Virus record (IMG/VR): IMGVR_UViG_3300027271_000080
Span: 1-30,422 of that record
Strand: one strand, 5' to 3'
DNA from: a virus
Taxonomy: Duplodnaviria; Caudoviricetes
Length of the DNA stretch: 30,422 nt
The position numbers were made by a program, and so were the translations under genes. The notes under the pieces were generated by a model. That model ran no database searches and was not told where the DNA came from. It saw only the letters and a program-made list of their open reading frames with translations. Position 1 is the stretch's first letter. The number at the start of each line of letters is the position of its first letter. Shown one piece after another: positions 16,170-25,088 of this stretch.

Positions 16170-16706
16170 ATGGTGGGGCGGCCGAGGAAGCGAGGTAAGC
16201 GGGAGCCGAACGGGCGCGTAGCGCGGACCTATGTCAGCCCGAAGGCGCAGGTTGCCGCGCAGCCGCACCGGCGCGGCGTTGTCGCTGCGCTGCGGGATCG
16301 CGAGGAAGCAGGAACCGAGTTTGGGCGGATGATGCTGCGCGGGGCGATCTCGCCAGCCCAATACGAGGCTGGGCGGCTCTATGCGCTTCTGGTTGATCAG
16401 TTCCGGGTTGTGAAGGGCTATCCGCCATTCCATCCGCGCGGGATTGATCTGCTCGGGCCTGGCGGGCGGTCTGTCCGCGAGCCATCGCCCGAGACCGTGC
16501 AGGCGGTGACGGATCGGTACAACGCGGCCTTTGAGGCATGCCGGGAGGCTGGAAATCGAGCTCAGATCGCAGTGAAGGACCATGCCGTGCTCGACCGTCG
16601 GGTTTCAGACTTCGAGTCTCGCGACCTGTTGAAAGCTGGGCTCAACAAGCTTATCGCGCATTTTAGGCTTGACGAGACTCTGCAAATCAGTTCTCGTCAG
16701 AAATAG
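16170..16706 (+). CDS. Putative late-gene regulator (Q position, DUF6456-like)
   Basis: GRPRK..KREPNGR N-terminus, GAISPAQYEAG motif, L.AGL..L..HF end; last gene before the late region; alternative GTG start at 16110. Confidence 0.6.
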   Translation: MVGRPRKRGKREPNGRVARTYVSPKAQVAAQPHRRGVVAALRDREEAGTEFGRMMLRGAISPAQYEAGRLYALLVDQFRVVKGYPPFHPRGIDLLGPGGRSVREPSPETVQAVTDRYNAAFEACREAGNRAQIAVKDHAVLDRRVSDFESRDLLKAGLNKLIAHFRLDETLQISSRQK

Positions 16707-16722
16707 AAGCTGAGAAGTTATG

Positions 16723-16750
16723 CCCGCCCGGTCTTGCCGTGGCGGGTTTT
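16723..16750 (+). terminator. Putative terminator after late regulator
   Basis: CCCGCC...GGCGGG stem followed by TTTT. Confidence 0.55.
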
Positions 16751-16768
16751 GTGATTCAGGGTAGCGGC

Positions 16769-16987
16769 ATGAGCGATTACGGGCACCCGGAGCCGACCCG
16801 GCTTGTGAAGGTGCATTTGCCCGGAGAGGCGCTTTGGGCCGAGCCGCTCGGTCTCCAAGACGGGAAGCTTGTCGCCCGCATCTACAGTGAGCCAGTTGCT
16901 ACCAGCTTCCACGGCTACCGCCATGGCGAGGTAGTCGCATTCGATGACGACTATGGCTGGCGGGCGCCATCCAAGACGCTGAACTAA
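16769..16987 (+). CDS. Small hypothetical protein (moron-like)
   Basis: 72 aa; GEALWAEP...ARIYSEPV...GEVV beta-rich pattern. Confidence 0.6.
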   Translation: MSDYGHPEPTRLVKVHLPGEALWAEPLGLQDGKLVARIYSEPVATSFHGYRHGEVVAFDDDYGWRAPSKTLN

Positions 16988-17032
16988 TTCCGTCCTCGGA
17001 ATATCGAGGGCGCATTCCTGTCGGAGGTTAAG

Positions 17033-17287
17033 ATGGCCGAGAATCAAGTGCCTAATCTCGACGCTTCCGATGAAGCAGATACCAACATGGCTTTGGTGTC
17101 CGCAGACTACGACGAGTTCAAGCCGTGGACGTTGCGCGGTTTCAGGGTCGATTGGCGCGGTGGTGCCGCAACATTCGATACATTGGATCGCGCTCTCGAT
17201 TATGCCAACAAGCGCTCCGCAAACGTGATGATCCTGTCGTCTGTTGATAATTACAAGGCCGACGAAAAGAAATTCGCTCTGCACTAG
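17033..17287 (+). CDS. Small hypothetical protein (moron-like)
   Basis: GGAGG RBS; 84 aa; locally more AT-rich. Confidence 0.65.
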   Translation: MAENQVPNLDASDEADTNMALVSADYDEFKPWTLRGFRVDWRGGAATFDTLDRALDYANKRSANVMILSSVDNYKADEKKFALH

Positions 17288-17398
17288 GCGCTTTCCTGTC
17301 GGGTTATCCGACCTGATGGAATTGTGGTTTAAAACCATAATTCAGAAAATATCTAAGTCATATCAGTGATTTGAGTTGTCCGGAATTTCCGGACGGCT

Positions 17399-17423
17399 GC
17401 CCCGCTTCGGCGGGGTTTTGTTT
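17399..17423 (+). terminator. Rho-independent terminator ahead of the late operon
   Basis: GCCCCGC-TTCG-GCGGGGT-TTTGTTT. Confidence 0.8.
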
Positions 17424-17434
17424 GAGGTAAGCCC

Positions 17435-17539
17435 ATGACCATCCCCGTCGCCATCGTGATTCTATTCATCGGCTTTGTCGCAGGCGTCGGCGTTACGCTG
17501 TGGTGGGGTGCGCGGAGCATGGCGAGGATGGGGCGATGA
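17435..17539 (+). CDS. Small membrane peptide (34 aa)
   Basis: GAGG RBS; MTIPVAIVILFIGFVAGVGVTLWWGARSMARMGR; ATGA coupling. Confidence 0.6.
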   Translation: MTIPVAIVILFIGFVAGVGVTLWWGARSMARMGR

Positions 17540-17826
17540 CCATGCAAATCCCTCTGTCTCAGATCGGATCGGCGGATCAGTTCGCATCCGCCGTCGAGGC
17601 GCATCGCAAGGCGTTAGAGGCTCATCGCGCCGGTCCCGCTGGCCGCTCAGCGCCATCGGCGCCGCCGATTGTTGAGGCTGTTATTGCCCGCGTGCCGGAT
17701 ATTGGGCCGGTAGATCGACGCGGCCCGGATCGCTTCGAGGTTCAGCCTTACGAAATCGTAGACGACAGACCAGTGAGCGAGGAAGCGCAGCGCGCCATCG
17801 CGACGTTGCGGGAGACCATAGGTTAA
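17536..17826 (+). CDS. Phage hypothetical protein
   Basis: Start re-called at MTMQIPLSQ; coupled to upstream peptide. Confidence 0.65.
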   Translation: MTMQIPLSQIGSADQFASAVEAHRKALEAHRAGPAGRSAPSAPPIVEAVIARVPDIGPVDRRGPDRFEVQPYEIVDDRPVSEEAQRAIATLRETIG

Positions 17827-17856
17827 TCGCACCCGCTCAGACCGGGGAGATGAGAA

Positions 17857-18147
17857 ATGGGCCAAAAGCCTAAAGTAGGGCTGGATAGGAGCAAGACGGG
17901 GCGCGCAAAAGGCACGCCGAACAAAACTACCAAGGCGCTTAAAGACGCGATCCTGATGGCCGCTGAGGCCACCGGATGCGATGGCAAGGGCAAGGATGGC
18001 CTGGTCGGCTATCTCAAGCACGTTGCCGCGTCGGACGTGAAGGCTTTCTCGACGTTGCTCGGCAAGGTGCTTCCGATGCAGGTGACCGGCGAGGACGGCG
18101 GACCCGTGGTCGTCGAAATCCACCGCTTTGCGCATAACGCTTCCTAA
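17857..18147 (+). CDS. terS: Terminase small subunit
   Basis: GRAKGTPNKTT...LKDAI...LLGKVLP..VTGEDGGPV; directly upstream of TerL. Confidence 0.8.
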   Translation: MGQKPKVGLDRSKTGRAKGTPNKTTKALKDAILMAAEATGCDGKGKDGLVGYLKHVAASDVKAFSTLLGKVLPMQVTGEDGGPVVVEIHRFAHNAS

Positions 18148-18162
18148 CGGGGTTTTAATGCT

Positions 18163-18252
18163 CATACTCTGGTGCTAATCTGCGCCGGCAATTACGAGCC
18201 GGGGAATTGTCGCTGGGCAACGCGCCAAGAGCAGGCCGAAAACCGGAGGCCG
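18163..18252 (+). pseudogene. Remnant of an HNH homing endonuclease
   Basis: Translates HTLVLICAGNYEPGNCRWATRQEQAENRR, the C-terminal motif of phage HNH endonucleases; N-terminal part missing. Confidence 0.75.
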
Positions 18253-18253
18253 C

Positions 18254-19630
18254 GTGGCAAGAATCGTTCTGCCAAACAACTGGCGTCCAAGGCCATACCA
18301 AAGGGCACTCTGGGACTATCTTGAAAATGGCGGCAAGCGCGCTCTAGGCGTTTGGCATCGCCGCGCCGGCAAGGACGATGTGCTGCTGCACCGCACAGCC
18401 GTAGCCGCATTCGAGCGCCCCGCCACCTATTGGACGGCCCTGCCAGAATACGCCCAAGCCAGAAAGGCGCTATGGGCTGCGGTCAATCCTCATACAGGGC
18501 TGCGCCGCGTCGATGAAGCGTTCCCGCACGAGGTAAGGGAGACGACCAACGAGCAGGAAATGTTCATCCGTTTCAAGAACGGGTCAACGTGGCAGCTCAT
18601 TGGCTCCGACAGATACAACAGCCTAGTGGGCGCGGGTGTGGCGGGCGTCACGTTCTCCGAGTTCGCTTTGGCGAACCCCAGCTCATGGGGCTACATCCGG
18701 CCAATGCTGGAGGAGAACAACGGCTGGGCAGCGTTCATCACGACGCCGCGCGGCAGGAACCACGCTCACTCAATGCTCAAGATGGCACAGGAAAACCCCA
18801 AGTGGTTTGCCGAGGTGCTGAGCATCCACGACACAGGGGCGCTGACGCCGGGGCAACTGGACGAAAGCCTGCGCGAATACATAGCGCTATACGGCGAGGA
18901 CATCGGCCGAGCGCAGTTCGAGCAGGAATACGAGTGCAGCTTTAATGCGGCCATCCTTGGTGCATTCTATGCCCGCGAGATGGCGCAGGTCCGTAAGGAA
19001 GGGCGGATAGCAGATATCGAGCCTGTTCCTGGGCGACCGGTTCATCGGGCTTGGGATATCGGCGTTCGCGACGATACGTCAATCTGGTGGTTCCAGGTTG
19101 TTGGCGGGCAGCTATTCATTCTGGACTGCTACACGTCGAACGGCGGGGGCATCGACCACTATGCGGACTATGTGCACAAAATTCACGCTGATCGGGATTG
19201 GGCGCTAGGCACGGATTTTGTGCCGCACGACGCGGCGCACCGTCAGTGGGCGCTGCCGGGTGCGCGCACGATCATTCAGCAGATGGGATCATATGGGCTT
19301 CATCCGCAGCAGGTGCCGGACGCAACGAAGCTGAATGGCATCAACGCGGCGCGCAAGACGCTGGCGAGGTGTGTGTTTCATCCGCGGTGCGAAGAGGTCG
19401 GAATAGCGGCGCTAGAACAATACCGCCGCGAATGGGACGACGAGCGCAAGACGTTCAAGGCAAACGAAATTCACGACTGGACGAGCCATTTGGCTGATGC
19501 GTTTCGATACCTCGCCCTATCGTGGCGTGAGGTGTCGGAGCCGGTCATAGAGCCGAAGCACGTCCCGCCCGCCGGCAAGATATTTGCGCCGCTCCCGGTT
19601 GAGCCGAGCGGCAGAAGGATTCGCGTCTGA
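18254..19630 (+). CDS. terL: Terminase large subunit
   Basis: PRPYQ, WHRRAGKD Walker A, FSE Walker B variant, ITTPRG, AWDIG nuclease motif, SHLADAFRYL. Confidence 0.95.
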   Translation: MARIVLPNNWRPRPYQRALWDYLENGGKRALGVWHRRAGKDDVLLHRTAVAAFERPATYWTALPEYAQARKALWAAVNPHTGLRRVDEAFPHEVRETTNEQEMFIRFKNGSTWQLIGSDRYNSLVGAGVAGVTFSEFALANPSSWGYIRPMLEENNGWAAFITTPRGRNHAHSMLKMAQENPKWFAEVLSIHDTGALTPGQLDESLREYIALYGEDIGRAQFEQEYECSFNAAILGAFYAREMAQVRKEGRIADIEPVPGRPVHRAWDIGVRDDTSIWWFQVVGGQLFILDCYTSNGGGIDHYADYVHKIHADRDWALGTDFVPHDAAHRQWALPGARTIIQQMGSYGLHPQQVPDATKLNGINAARKTLARCVFHPRCEEVGIAALEQYRREWDDERKTFKANEIHDWTSHLADAFRYLALSWREVSEPVIEPKHVPPAGKIFAPLPVEPSGRRIRV

Positions 19631-21936
19631 TGGCAGATGACAATTCGGCCGTAGCGGTGCAGGACGACTATTCGTCCGAGCCGCCGCGTTCATCGAAAGA
19701 GTATCTGGACGCGATTGCCGAGGCTGAGAAGGCGTTTTCCGAGTATCAGGCCAAGGCCGACAATATTGATAAGCTCTATGCGAACCTGTCCCGGCTGGCA
19801 GCAGCCAATCGGGACCGCGAGTTCGCAATGTTCTGGGCCAACATCGAGGTTCTGAAGCCTTCGATCTATTCGCGCCCGCCGATCCCGGTCGTGGTGCCGC
19901 GCTTCAAGGATCGCCGGCCAGTCCCGCGCGTTGCCTCGGAATTGCTTGAGCGTTCGGCTATTGTCGCGTTCGAGCTTGAGGATATCGACCAGATCATGCG
20001 CATGGTACGCGATGACCTGGCTATTCAAGCCCGTGGCGTGCCGTGGGTGCGGTACGAAACCAAGGACGGCGAGCGAGCCTGCATCGAACATTGCGACAGG
20101 TCCGACTTTCTGCACGAACCTGCGCGCAACTGGAAAGAGGTCGGCTGGGTCGCCAAGCGCGCATGGCTGACTAAGGACGAGATGAAAGACCGCTTCAGCG
20201 AGGCGAGCGGCGATGCCTATCTTGAGGCGGAATATACGGTCAAGCGCGAGTTGAAGGACAACGCCGCGACTGACAGTAGGTCGAAGGCTGGCGTTTGGGA
20301 AATCTGGCACAAGACGCAGAACAAGGTCATCTGGGTTACGCCGGGCGTTGATGTGGTCCTTGACGAGGGTAAGCCGCACCTCAAGCTGGAAGGCTTCTAT
20401 CCGTGCCCCAAGCCGGCTTATGGCACGGTGCAGCGCGGCTCGCTGGTGCCTGTGCCGGACATGCTGTTCTACAAGGACCAGTTGGAGGAAATCAACGAAC
20501 TGACGGCGCGCATTGCGGCGTTGTCTGAGGCGGTCAAGGTCAAGGGTTTTTATCCGGCCGGTGCATCGGAGCTTGGTGACGCTATCGAGAGCGCCATCAA
20601 GAAGAACACCGACAACGCTGTTTTGGTGCCGGTGTCCAATTTCGCCGCGTTCGGCAATGGCAGCGCCAAGGACGCGATTGTCTGGCTGCCAATCGACATG
20701 ATCACGGCGACCATTGCGCAGCTTGTCGAGTTGCGGCGCCAGTTGATCGAGGATGTTTACCAGATCACCGGCCTGTCCGACATTATGCGAGGCAGCACCG
20801 ACGCCAACGAGACGCTGGGCGCCCAGCAACTTAAGAGCCAGTACGGATCGGTGCGTATTCGTGATCGGCAGGCGGAATTAGTGCGGGTGGCGCGCGATCT
20901 GGCGCGGATCGTAGCCGAGATCATGGCCGAGAACTTCTCGGAAGAAACCTTGCTCGAAATGAGCCAGTTGGAGATCAAGACCGAGGCTGATTTGCGGGCC
21001 GAGGCGCAGCAGATCGTGCAGGCGGCGCAGGCCCAGGTACAGCAGGCCATGCAGTCGCCAGAGATTGCCCAGCAGGCGCAGCAGAATCCTCAGATGGCGC
21101 AGCAGATGCTGGATCAATTGGAGCAGCAGACGCAGGCGCAGATTGAGGAATTGCAGAAGCAGCCGACGATTGAGAAGGTGATGACCTTGCTGCGTGAGCA
21201 GCGGTTACGGCCGTTTGTGCTCGATATCGAGACGGACAGCACAATCCAGCCTGACGAGGACGCCGCCAAACAACGGGCGACTGAGTTCGTCACGGCGGTT
21301 GGCGGCTTCATGCAGCAGGCGATAGCGGCGGTGCAGATGGTGCCGCAAGCTGCGCCACTCATGGCCGACACGTTGAAATATGTGGCCGGCCAGTTCCGTG
21401 CGGGCAGGGAGCTTGAGGCGTCGATTGTCGAGTTCGCGGACCAGATGAAAGCGCAGTCGCAGCAGCAGAAACCCAGCCCGGAGGCAGAAGCCGCCAAGGC
21501 GGAAGCGGAGGCCAAGCAGGCCGATACGCAGATGAAGATGCAGGAACGACAGGCAGACGCTCAGCGCAAGCAGCAAGAGGCTGCGCTTATCCAGCAGCGC
21601 GAGGACGCGCGGTTGAATGCGGACCTGACGAACAAGAAGGCCGATGATGAGCGCAAGGCGCTGGAAAGCACGTTGCGCATTGAACAGATGGCCGCGCAGG
21701 ACCGCGAGCGGTCCGAAAAGCACCAGCAGGACATGGAAAAGGGCGCGCTAGAGCTTGAGAAGCTTCGCCTTGAGATCGGGCGCGTGCAGGTGCAGACCGA
21801 ATCCCTGCAAGCCACGACGGCGGCCAAGATCGAGCAGACGCAGACCCAGACTGAAAATTCCGTTGCGTCAACTCATGCCGGGATCGAGGCGCAGCGAGCC
21901 AAAGCCGAACAGTCCAAGCAGAAGGAGCCTGCTTGA
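19630..21936 (+). CDS. Portal protein (podovirus type, long coiled-coil C-terminus)
   Basis: 768 aa right after TerL; ITGLSDIMRG...ETLGAQQLK motif; Q/A/E-rich tail. Confidence 0.88.
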   Translation: MADDNSAVAVQDDYSSEPPRSSKEYLDAIAEAEKAFSEYQAKADNIDKLYANLSRLAAANRDREFAMFWANIEVLKPSIYSRPPIPVVVPRFKDRRPVPRVASELLERSAIVAFELEDIDQIMRMVRDDLAIQARGVPWVRYETKDGERACIEHCDRSDFLHEPARNWKEVGWVAKRAWLTKDEMKDRFSEASGDAYLEAEYTVKRELKDNAATDSRSKAGVWEIWHKTQNKVIWVTPGVDVVLDEGKPHLKLEGFYPCPKPAYGTVQRGSLVPVPDMLFYKDQLEEINELTARIAALSEAVKVKGFYPAGASELGDAIESAIKKNTDNAVLVPVSNFAAFGNGSAKDAIVWLPIDMITATIAQLVELRRQLIEDVYQITGLSDIMRGSTDANETLGAQQLKSQYGSVRIRDRQAELVRVARDLARIVAEIMAENFSEETLLEMSQLEIKTEADLRAEAQQIVQAAQAQVQQAMQSPEIAQQAQQNPQMAQQMLDQLEQQTQAQIEELQKQPTIEKVMTLLREQRLRPFVLDIETDSTIQPDEDAAKQRATEFVTAVGGFMQQAIAAVQMVPQAAPLMADTLKYVAGQFRAGRELEASIVEFADQMKAQSQQQKPSPEAEAAKAEAEAKQADTQMKMQERQADAQRKQQEAALIQQREDARLNADLTNKKADDERKALESTLRIEQMAAQDRERSEKHQQDMEKGALELEKLRLEIGRVQVQTESLQATTAAKIEQTQTQTENSVASTHAGIEAQRAKAEQSKQKEPA

Positions 21937-22262
21937 TGTCGTATGCCGAAAACTACAAGCTGATCGACTTTTCGAAGGATATCGTGATCGAGCGCAAGCC
22001 GCGTCAGACCCCGGCGCGCTCCGATTTGCCCGTCCCGTATGTGGTATCCGACCATATGGACCCAGTGCAGCATCCTTGCACAGGTGAGTTCTTCACATCG
22101 AAGCGGATGTTCCGCGAAGTGACCAAAGCCCACGGATGCATTGAGGTGGGCAACGACCCGGCGCGCTTGCGTCCCAGGCCGAAGCCGAAGCCGGATCGCA
22201 AGGCCATCCGCAAATCGATCCAGAAGGCTTTTGAAATGCACGCCAGCGGCGTGCGCCCTTAA
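21936..22262 (+). CDS. Conserved hypothetical protein between portal and scaffold
   Basis: TGATG coupling; SDHMDP..HP.TG..FTSK...HGCIEVGND. Confidence 0.75.
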   Translation: MSYAENYKLIDFSKDIVIERKPRQTPARSDLPVPYVVSDHMDPVQHPCTGEFFTSKRMFREVTKAHGCIEVGNDPARLRPRPKPKPDRKAIRKSIQKAFEMHASGVRP

Positions 22263-22286
22263 CGTCCTCTCAGACAGGAAAATCTC

Positions 22287-23423
22287 ATGACTGACACCGA
22301 CAACGGTGCGGCTCCGGCCGCCGCCGAGCCGAATCTTGCGCCCATCAGCGAGGCTCCCGCTAACCCGACCAACCCGATTGAATCGAGCGGGCCGGAGAAG
22401 GCGCCGGAGCCGGTTGCTGAGGTCAAGCCGTCATCGTCGGTCAAGGAGGCCATTGAGCGTGCCGACGCGAAGCTCAAGGCGCAGCCGGAGGCGAAGGTCG
22501 AAGCGAAGCCGGAAGCCAAGGTAGATGCGGCCAAAGGCGAGCCGAAAGCGCGAGACGAAACCGGCAAGTTTGCCCCGAAGGCGTCCGCTGAGCCGCAGCC
22601 GGCCGCGCCTGCCGCAGAAAAGCAGCCGTCTGTTACCGAGCAGCCCAAGCAGCCGACAGCATTCCACGAGGCCCCAAAACGGTTCTCTGACGATGCCAAG
22701 GCGGCATGGGAAGCTGCGCCGGAGCCGGTACGGGCCGAGATTCACCGCGCGGTGAAGGAGCTTGAAACCGGGATCACGCAGTACCGTGATGTTGTCGAGC
22801 CGCTGAAGCCTTATTTGCAGATGGCGCAGCAGCACAACACGTCGCTGACCAAGGCGCTCGATCAGTACATTGGACTTGAGCAGGCGCTCAAATCGCAGAA
22901 CGTCAACGAGAAGCTGGCGGGTATCGAGGAAGTATTCCGCCACGCCGGTATCAGCCCGCGAGACTACGCGGCTCATATCCTCGGTCAGTCGCCGGACCAA
23001 GTGCAGAGCCAGCAGGACGCAACGATTGCCGAACTGCGTCAGGAAATCTCCGGCCTCAAGCAGCAGCTTGGCGGCGTGACGCAGAGCGTGCAGACGCAGC
23101 GTGAACAGGCCGCGTTGCAGGAAGTCAACAAGTTCGCGGGGGACCATCCGCGCTTTGAAGAATTGGCCGACATCATCGTTGAAGAGATGAAGCACGGCTA
23201 CTCGTTACAGGATGCCTATGACAGGGCAGAGCGGCTCAACCCCGCGCCGGTCAAGGCTCCTGCACCATCGCCGGTCATCCCGGCACAACCCGCCGATGCT
23301 CATACCAAAGGCACCAAATCCATTTCCGGCACTCCATCGCCCGGCTCATCCCCGAGTGCGAAACAGTCGCCGTCACCCTCAATCAGGGACGCGCTCAAGC
23401 GCGCTATGGCGCGGGCGTCCTAA
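22287..23423 (+). CDS. Capsid scaffolding protein
   Basis: P/A/E/K-rich, RDETGKF motif, helical core, SIRDALKRAM C-terminus; precedes capsid. Confidence 0.8.
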   Translation: MTDTDNGAAPAAAEPNLAPISEAPANPTNPIESSGPEKAPEPVAEVKPSSSVKEAIERADAKLKAQPEAKVEAKPEAKVDAAKGEPKARDETGKFAPKASAEPQPAAPAAEKQPSVTEQPKQPTAFHEAPKRFSDDAKAAWEAAPEPVRAEIHRAVKELETGITQYRDVVEPLKPYLQMAQQHNTSLTKALDQYIGLEQALKSQNVNEKLAGIEEVFRHAGISPRDYAAHILGQSPDQVQSQQDATIAELRQEISGLKQQLGGVTQSVQTQREQAALQEVNKFAGDHPRFEELADIIVEEMKHGYSLQDAYDRAERLNPAPVKAPAPSPVIPAQPADAHTKGTKSISGTPSPGSSPSAKQSPSPSIRDALKRAMARAS

Positions 23424-23441
23424 CGCTCAAAGGACAGAGCA

Positions 23442-24461
23442 ATGGCTATCAACCCTGTTGCACACTATCAGCAGGTTCTGTCGATGGCGCTGGAGGATCG
23501 TGCCAGCGGCTATCAGGACCTTGTTTCCAACTCCAACGCGCTGCTCGCTGTTATGCGGCGCAAGGGCCTGTGGAAGGAATATTCCGGCCCGCGTATCCGT
23601 GAAACCCTTCAGATCGCCAAGCCTGACGGCCAGTGGTATTCCGGCTACGACTTCCTGAACAACGCTCCCATCGAGTTGTTCAACGACGCCTATTTCACTC
23701 CGAAAATGGTGGCGGTGCCGGTCACGCTCTCGCTTGAGGAAATCCTCAACAACGCCGGCAGCAACCAGGTCATGGACGTGATGGAGTCGTATATCGAGGC
23801 TGCGGAGCGCTCGCTGCGTGACCTGATGGACGAGGCCATTCACTCCGACGGCACGGCGGACGGCGGCAAGCAGCTTGGCGGCCTCAAGGTGGCGGTCCCG
23901 ACCGTGACCAATTCGGGCGTCTATGGCGGTATCAGCCGCGTGGATCACGCCATCTGGCGGACTTCGACCTTCGATGCTCATACCGATTTCGCCGGTATCG
24001 GCACGCAGGTGACGAAGGACACCATCCGCCCGATCCTGAACAACATCATGACGCAGCGTTCGCGCGGTCGTCGTGGTGCCGATCTGCTCCTGATGTCGCC
24101 GGAACACTATGCGGCTTACGACGCTGCGACCGCCGCCATTCAGCGCATCAATGACGAGAACAGCCTCGGCAAACTCGGTTTCACGTCGCTGAAGTATTAC
24201 GGTGCCGGCCGGACTGCGGAGATCGTGCAGGATGGCGGCATTGGCTCGAACATGCCGGCCAACACCACCTATGGCCTTGAGACGGACTCGCTCCGCCTCC
24301 GCTACAACCCGAACCGCAACTTCTCCAAGCTGTTCGAGGGCGAGGGCATGAAGCCGATCAATCAGGACGCCATCGTTCAGTATATTGGCTGGATGGGCGA
24401 ACTGACCCAGGTCAACCCGCTGTTCCAGTGGAAGCTGATCGATAGCAATACCACGTCTTGA
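23442..24461 (+). CDS. Major capsid protein
   Basis: 339 aa after scaffold; strongly biased codon usage; DGTADGGKQLGGL and QDAIVQYIGWMGELT motifs. Confidence 0.88.
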   Translation: MAINPVAHYQQVLSMALEDRASGYQDLVSNSNALLAVMRRKGLWKEYSGPRIRETLQIAKPDGQWYSGYDFLNNAPIELFNDAYFTPKMVAVPVTLSLEEILNNAGSNQVMDVMESYIEAAERSLRDLMDEAIHSDGTADGGKQLGGLKVAVPTVTNSGVYGGISRVDHAIWRTSTFDAHTDFAGIGTQVTKDTIRPILNNIMTQRSRGRRGADLLLMSPEHYAAYDAATAAIQRINDENSLGKLGFTSLKYYGAGRTAEIVQDGGIGSNMPANTTYGLETDSLRLRYNPNRNFSKLFEGEGMKPINQDAIVQYIGWMGELTQVNPLFQWKLIDSNTTS

Positions 24462-24466
24462 TCATT

Positions 24467-24490
24467 GCGGGCGGGTTACGGCCCGCCCGT
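24467..24490 (+). other. GC-rich hairpin after capsid gene (stabiliser or weak terminator)
   Basis: GCGGGCGGG-ttacgg-CCCGCCCGT; no clear U tract. Confidence 0.55.
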
Positions 24491-24527
24491 CTCCCCATCT
24501 TCATCAATTCTGACATAGGAGGCCGAT

Positions 24528-25025
24528 ATGGCTTTCACGTTTATGACGCCCCAGCTTGGGGCACCGGCTGTCGGCAGCGTCCACAGCACCGACTACGTGC
24601 CGCAGTGGAAACTCGGTGACATTGCTCGCGCGACTGACCCGGATTATGGGGCGGGCGAGTTCATCTACCTCAAGGGAGCGGCTAATACCGCAGTTGGATC
24701 GGTCGTGGTTTACAATGCCGACGACTTTTCGACCGCGCTGGCCGCCGCAAATGCTATCGGCCCGGTCGCGGTCGCCATGTCCGCCAGCGTGGCTGACAAG
24801 TTCGGCTGGTATCAGATTCAGGGCAAGGCGGTTGTCAAGGCCGGCACGGTTGCTGACGACGCTCTTGTTTACCTGACAGCCACGCCGGGCACGGTCGATG
24901 ACGCCGTTGTGGCGGGCGACCGCGTGAAGGGCGCCAAGTTCGCGAGCGATGACGGCACGCCGGCAGTGGGCTTTGCTGAAGTCGAGATCGCGCGCCCGTT
25001 CGTAGATGACGGCTCGGCGGCCTAA
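24528..25025 (+). CDS. Capsid decoration/cement protein
   Basis: AGGAGG RBS; Ala/Val/Gly-rich beta protein with GEFIYLKG and FGWYQIQG, directly after the major capsid gene. Confidence 0.7.
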   Translation: MAFTFMTPQLGAPAVGSVHSTDYVPQWKLGDIARATDPDYGAGEFIYLKGAANTAVGSVVVYNADDFSTALAAANAIGPVAVAMSASVADKFGWYQIQGKAVVKAGTVADDALVYLTATPGTVDDAVVAGDRVKGAKFASDDGTPAVGFAEVEIARPFVDDGSAA

Positions 25026-25032
25026 CTAACCT

Positions 25033-25056
25033 GGCGGGGCTTCGGCCCCGCCTTTC
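25033..25056 (+). terminator. Rho-independent terminator after head genes
   Basis: GGCGGGGC-TTCG-GCCCCGCC-TTTC. Confidence 0.8.
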
Positions 25057-25088
25057 ATATGCGCAATCCCTCAGACGGAGAAATTCAA

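Noticed and set aside
16718-17338. 206-aa minus-strand ORF across the moron slot
   Set aside because: Antisense to two plus-strand ORFs, one with a strong RBS; product lacks recognisable motifs, though not fully excluded
19690-20829. Long minus-strand ORFs opposite structural genes (also 22431-23195, 23427-24107, 25071-25724, 29041-30123)
   Set aside because: Shadow frames expected from GC-rich codon bias; no protein-like motifs noticed
20990-21930. Q/A-rich quasi-repeats in the portal gene
   Set aside because: Ordinary coiled-coil low complexity of podovirus portals, not a DNA repeat element
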